DNA of 18,545 nt from an uncultured Pseudomonadota bacterium (GTDB taxonomy: Bacteria; Myxococcota_A; Polyangia; Fen-1088). Below the pieces are notes generated by a model. It saw only the letters and a list, made by a program, of their open reading frames with translations, was not told where the DNA came from and searched no databases. The translations under genes were made by a program, and so were the position numbers. Location of the stretch: contig CAWKBC010000043.1 of assembly GCA_963847705.1 (NCBI GenBank), forward strand, positions 1 through 18,545. Direction: 5' to 3'. Positions 14,246 through 18,545 of this stretch are shown piece by piece (the stretch's first letter is position 1; the number at the start of each line of letters is the position of its first letter).

Positions 14246-16759
14246 ATGGCGCCCCCTGCGCATAGCCGCGTCAGCCGCTACCATCGTTGGCTCATCGGGC
14301 ACCCGGTCATCGTTCTGCTCGCAGTGCTGGCGATCGCCGCGGGGGCCGCGGGCTTGGCCTCCCGCCTGCAGCTCAAGACGGCGCTCGAAGAGCTGCTCCC
14401 CAGCAACGATCCCGGCGTGGTCACGCTCGAGCGCACGCAAAAACGGATGGGCGATCTGTCACTGCTGCTCGTCGGCATCCACTCACCGGATTATGCGGCG
14501 AACCTGCGCTACGCGGAGGCGCTGACCAAGCGGCTGCGGGCCCTCCCGCCACGGGTGATCAACCTGGCCGCCTACGAGGTGCAGGACGTGCGGGCCTTTT
14601 TCCAGACGAACAAGTGGCTGTTCGCCTCGGAGGATGACCTCGAATCGATCCGCGACCGCCTGCGCAACGAGATCAGCAAGAAGAAGAATCCCCTCTTCGT
14701 GTCGCTCGACGACGAAGAGCCGATCGATCAGATGCAAAACCGGCTCGAGCACAAGAACGGGATCGACGATCGATTCCCCAACGGCATCTTCGCCAGCAAG
14801 GACGGGCAGTACGTCTGGATCGCGGCCTTGCCCCCCGGGGGACTGTTCGTCGAGCACGCCGGTGAAAGCCTCTACAAGGCGGCGGGCGATCTGATCGCGC
14901 AGGATCCTCCTTCCCGCTACCACCCCGGGATGACGGCCGAGCTGTCGGGGCCGATCGCCACCACCATCGCCAACCGGCTGGCCATCGAGCAAGACCTGGC
15001 GCTCGTCACCAGCACTTGCCTGGCGATCGTCATCCTCTCGATCGGCTTTTACTTCCGCCGCCTGCGGGCCATCCCCCTCACCGGGATCCCGGCCCTGGTG
15101 GGCGCCGCGATGGCCTTCGCGGTGGCGGAGCTCGCCTTCGGTTACCTCAACTCCTCGACGGCGTTCCTCGGTTCGATCATCGTCGGCAACGGGATCAATT
15201 ACGCCATCGTCTTTCTCTCGCGCTACGAAGAGCACCTGGCGCGGGGCGAAGATCCCGAGCAATCGCTCCATCTGGCGCTGGCGGGCGTCTGGCGCGGAAC
15301 GCTGGTGGCCTCGATTTCCGCGTCGGCCGCCTACGCCTCGCTGATGGTGACCAGCTTCCGGGGCTTCTATCAGTTCGGGGTCATGGGCGCCGTCGGGTCG
15401 ATCTCCTGCTGGCTGGCCACCTTCACGGTGCTGCCGGCCTTGTTGACACTGCTCGACGGGCGGGGCCGCCGTCGCCACGTTCGCGTCCACCGGCCGCCCA
15501 TCGACTTTGGGCCGTTGGCGAGGCTGTTGGGGCGCCGGAGCGGAACGGTGACGGCCCTCTTCACGCTGCTGGCGATCGGCAGCGCCGTGGGCCTGCGCCA
15601 CTTCTTGAAGGACCCGTTCGAGTACAACTTTCTCAAGCTGAGCTTGAAGGTCAAGCCGAACAGCCAGGCCCAGCAGTTCAGCGAGAGCCTCGATCGCCTG
15701 TTCGGGCGCTGGCCGTCGCCGACCATCGTCCTGGCCGACAGCCTCGACCAGGTCGAGCCGATCAAGCAGACGATCCGCAAGCAAGACCGCGACCTGCCCG
15801 GACCCGACGTCATCGGGCAGGTGATCACGATCTACGACATGCTCCCAGGGACCCCCGAGGTCCAGCGGCGCAAGCTCGGGCTCATCGCCCAAATTCGCAA
15901 GCTGACGCACGACCCGTCGCTCTCCCTGCTGAACGACAAGGAGCGGGCCGATCTGGCCAAGGTCGATCCACCCGAAGGCCTGCACGAGCTGGTCCCGGCC
16001 GATCTGCCGCCGCTAGCCCGCCGGCCGTTCACGGAGGCGAACGGCGCCATCGGCCGGGTGGTGCTGGTGTACGCGGCGGAGCACGGGATCTCCGTCTGGA
16101 ATGGACGAGATCTCCTTCGCATCGCCTCCGTGCTCCAGTACCTCCACCTGCCGAACGGTCAGGTGGTGGAGACCTCCGGCAGTGCGGTGGTCTTCGGCGC
16201 GATGATCCGCTCGGTCCTCCACGACGGACCGATCGCCACGGTCGCTTCGTTGGTCGCGGTGCTCATCATCGTGGCCTTCGCCATCCGGCCCGCTGCCGCC
16301 GCGTTGCTGGCGCTCGGCACGCTGATCCTGGGCGTCCTCTTGATGGTGGGGACCGCGGGCTGGGCCCAGGTGCATGTCACCTTCCTGAACTTCATCGCGC
16401 TCCCCATCACGTTCGGGATCGGGGCGGAGTACGCGCTCAACGTCATCACCCGCTACCGCGAGGAGCGCAACGTCTTGCGCGCCATCGCCTCCACCGGGGC
16501 GGCGGTGGCGCTCTGCTCCTGGACCACCATCGTCGGCTACGGATCGTTGCTGGCGGCGCGCAACCGGGCGCTCCAGGGCTTCGGCCTGATGGCCATCCTG
16601 GGCGAGATCGCCTGTCTCTCCGCCGCCATCCTGGCGCTCCCGGCGCTGCTCACCTGGCGCCGCGCGCGACCGCTCTACGAGGAGACCTTGCGCCCGGTGC
16701 AGATCGACGTCCCGCCCTTCGAGTCGGATCCTCCGCCGAAGCCCGCCCAGTCGTCCTGA
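14246..16759 (+). CDS. MMPL/RND superfamily lipid exporter (HpnN-like architecture), 837 aa
   Basis: Two repeats of 1 TM + periplasmic domain + 5 TM; LEELLP after TM1; TM4 GNGINYAIVFLSRY; TM10 GIGAEYALNVITRY; TTIVGYGSLL...LQGFG. Confidence 0.92.
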   Translation: MAPPAHSRVSRYHRWLIGHPVIVLLAVLAIAAGAAGLASRLQLKTALEELLPSNDPGVVTLERTQKRMGDLSLLLVGIHSPDYAANLRYAEALTKRLRALPPRVINLAAYEVQDVRAFFQTNKWLFASEDDLESIRDRLRNEISKKKNPLFVSLDDEEPIDQMQNRLEHKNGIDDRFPNGIFASKDGQYVWIAALPPGGLFVEHAGESLYKAAGDLIAQDPPSRYHPGMTAELSGPIATTIANRLAIEQDLALVTSTCLAIVILSIGFYFRRLRAIPLTGIPALVGAAMAFAVAELAFGYLNSSTAFLGSIIVGNGINYAIVFLSRYEEHLARGEDPEQSLHLALAGVWRGTLVASISASAAYASLMVTSFRGFYQFGVMGAVGSISCWLATFTVLPALLTLLDGRGRRRHVRVHRPPIDFGPLARLLGRRSGTVTALFTLLAIGSAVGLRHFLKDPFEYNFLKLSLKVKPNSQAQQFSESLDRLFGRWPSPTIVLADSLDQVEPIKQTIRKQDRDLPGPDVIGQVITIYDMLPGTPEVQRRKLGLIAQIRKLTHDPSLSLLNDKERADLAKVDPPEGLHELVPADLPPLARRPFTEANGAIGRVVLVYAAEHGISVWNGRDLLRIASVLQYLHLPNGQVVETSGSAVVFGAMIRSVLHDGPIATVASLVAVLIIVAFAIRPAAAALLALGTLILGVLLMVGTAGWAQVHVTFLNFIALPITFGIGAEYALNVITRYREERNVLRAIASTGAAVALCSWTTIVGYGSLLAARNRALQGFGLMAILGEIACLSAAILALPALLTWRRARPLYEETLRPVQIDVPPFESDPPPKPAQSS

Positions 16760-16761
16760 CG

Positions 16762-18480
16762 ATGGGGTCCGGCGAACCCCAGCCGCCCGAGGCGCCTGGA
16801 ACCGACGCGGGCTGGTCCGTCCGCACCTTCGTCGGCGGCGTCGTCGCGGTGCTGGCCGCCCGCCTCCTCTACCTCGCGCGCTACGGCTGGGACCTCGGCT
16901 GGATGAACGTCGGCTACCTCTCGCACGCCCGCGCGATCGCGCTCGGCCACCACCAGCAGGTCGAGGAGCAGCCGCTGACGTATTTCGCGCTGGTGGGGGC
17001 GCGCCGACTGGGGCTCGATTCGCTGGCGGCGAACGAGGCGATCTATCTGATCGCGCATCTGCTGCTCGCGCTCGGCGCGCTGGGAGTGGCGCGCTTCGTG
17101 TGGCCGGCGGCATCCGCGCGACGGCGCGGCGCGCTGGTGGCGACGCTGGCGCTGGTGCCGCTCCTGGCGTCGCAATCGGGACGCAACAACCTCGGCGTCA
17201 GCCTCGCCGCCGGGTTGACGGCGAGCGCGCTGGCGCTGGCGGCGACGGCCGCCACGACCTCGCGCGTCCGCAAGGCGACCGCTTTCGAGCTCACCCTGGC
17301 GGCCCTGCTCGCCGCGCTGGCCAGCACCGGGCGCTACGAGGCGCTGGTGACCTGCGCCGGTGCCGCGCTGTTGCTGGGCGTCCTCGGGAGCAGAATGGAT
17401 GGCGTTCCCGGGCATCGCCGGGCGGCCCTGGCGCTGGCCACCGGCGTCGTCGGCGGCCTCCTGGCGCTCGTGGTCATTCGACGGACGCTGGCCGGAGAGT
17501 CCGTCGGCGACAAGACCTACGCGTTTTACACCTTCTATGACGGGCTGCCGCTCTTGATGTATCGGCACCTCCCGGGGACCGAGTACGGGCGGTACAGGGC
17601 ATCGCTCGGCTTCTTCGGTGGCTACCAGGAGAACAGCGGCAGCCTGGCGCACGCGCTCCTGCGCCATCCGGGCTTCGCCCTGCTGCGATTCCTCACCAAG
17701 CCCGTCGATCTGCTGGCCGTGCTTCTCTGGACCTACGGGCTGACGCCGATCGGGGTGGCGCTGGCCGCCCTCGGGACGCGCGGGCTCGGGCACCGCCCTC
17801 GGCCGGAGTTTCAGCGCGGCTGGCTGCTGGCGGCCTACCTGTTCCCGCTGCTGATGCTCTTGGTCCCGCAACAGAACCCGGCCTACTACGTGAGCATCGC
17901 CGTGCCGCTGGTGTTGGCGGTGGCCCGAGGCATCGATCGGCTGCAGGCGCGACTGGCGCCCGCCCGGGCGCGGGCGCTGGCAGGGGCCACCGTTTTCGCC
18001 GCTCTCGTCCTGATCGTGGCGGCGGGAAAGCTCGGCGTCAGCAACAGCCGTGCGCTGAACCAGGCGGCGCCGTATCTCGAGGCGCGCTGCCGCGCCGGCT
18101 GTCTGACCAACGTCCTCCCGCAGTCCCTCCGGGATCAAGCCTGGGTCGTCACGGACGCAGGCGCCCCCCTCCCCACCCGCGACCATCGCAACGAGCAGGT
18201 GATCCTGGGAACGGCCCAGGCGGGGACGGTCGAGCAGTACGACTACTGCGCGCGGGTACGCCGCGCGCGCGACGACGGTTTCTCCGGCCCGGTGCTCTAC
18301 GTCGATGCGCAGATCGGCAGCTTCAAGGTGTTCGACCCCGACTTCGACCCCGAGGTTCGCTACCAGGGCACGGTCGATCGCTCGGATCTCGTCGAGGAGC
18401 GCCGCTTCTCGAGCGGTCACGACGAGGTCATCGTCTTCCGCCTGCCCGACGATCGTCCCTGTCGCCACGCACCGCCATGA
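16762..18480 (+). CDS. Polytopic membrane protein, probably a GT-C fold (ArnT/PMT-like) transferase, 572 aa
   Basis: ATG 2 nt after the MMPL stop. About 10-12 hydrophobic segments, first loop WDLGWMNVGYLSHARAI, mid-protein TGRYE, and a soluble C-terminal domain. The family call is an inference from topology. Confidence 0.6.
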   Translation: MGSGEPQPPEAPGTDAGWSVRTFVGGVVAVLAARLLYLARYGWDLGWMNVGYLSHARAIALGHHQQVEEQPLTYFALVGARRLGLDSLAANEAIYLIAHLLLALGALGVARFVWPAASARRRGALVATLALVPLLASQSGRNNLGVSLAAGLTASALALAATAATTSRVRKATAFELTLAALLAALASTGRYEALVTCAGAALLLGVLGSRMDGVPGHRRAALALATGVVGGLLALVVIRRTLAGESVGDKTYAFYTFYDGLPLLMYRHLPGTEYGRYRASLGFFGGYQENSGSLAHALLRHPGFALLRFLTKPVDLLAVLLWTYGLTPIGVALAALGTRGLGHRPRPEFQRGWLLAAYLFPLLMLLVPQQNPAYYVSIAVPLVLAVARGIDRLQARLAPARARALAGATVFAALVLIVAAGKLGVSNSRALNQAAPYLEARCRAGCLTNVLPQSLRDQAWVVTDAGAPLPTRDHRNEQVILGTAQAGTVEQYDYCARVRRARDDGFSGPVLYVDAQIGSFKVFDPDFDPEVRYQGTVDRSDLVEERRFSSGHDEVIVFRLPDDRPCRHAPP

Positions 18481-18545
18481 ATCGGCGGGCCCGGAGGGCT
18501 CGCTCGATCGGGGGCCGCCCGATGGGGGCCCGCTCGGGTTCGGCC
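18477..18545 (+). CDS. Possible start of the next gene (partial)
   Basis: ATGA overlap with the upstream stop; the frame is open to the window edge (MNRRARRARSIGGRPMGARSGSA). Confidence 0.3.
   Translation, partial: MNRRARRARSIGGRPMGARSGSA

Noticed and set aside
15016-18480. 1154-aa ORF overlapping the MMPL gene
   Set aside because: The N-terminal 582 residues are an off-frame read of the MMPL gene. Protein-like hydrophobic sequence starts at ATG 16762.
1-18545. Mobile element, prophage or defence system
   Set aside because: No transposase, integrase, phage, toxin-antitoxin or nuclease motifs were seen, and composition appears uniform by eye.

Overview
High-GC window, probably from a Myxococcota-like deltaproteobacterium (an inference from GC content, gene repertoire and a sigma54-type promoter; no taxonomic marker search was possible). 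The 5' part of secA lies at the left edge. The remaining ~17.5 kb looks like one cell-envelope locus. It encodes two paralogous CDP-alcohol phosphotransferases (one with an intact catalytic motif, one apparently catalytically dead), a P-loop kinase, a CysQ/IMPase-family phosphatase, an AsnB-like amidotransferase broken by a 1-nt frameshift, a GMC oxidoreductase, a GT4 glycosyltransferase, a Gfo/Idh/MocA oxidoreductase, a LicC/IPCT-like cytidylyltransferase, a HAD phosphatase, a single-POTRA Omp85 protein, an MMPL/RND exporter with non-canonical proton-relay residues, and a GT-C-like membrane protein. Together these suggest biosynthesis and export of an unusual phosphodiester-linked (polyol/inositol-type) glycolipid or surface polymer. 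Non-coding signals include an 81-bp palindromic tandem repeat that encodes a translationally coupled mini-ORF, a complete sigma54 promoter architecture (-24/-12, IHF-like site, TGT-N10-ACA enhancer), and several apparently leaderless -10 promoters. All calls come from motif reading only; no database searches were run.
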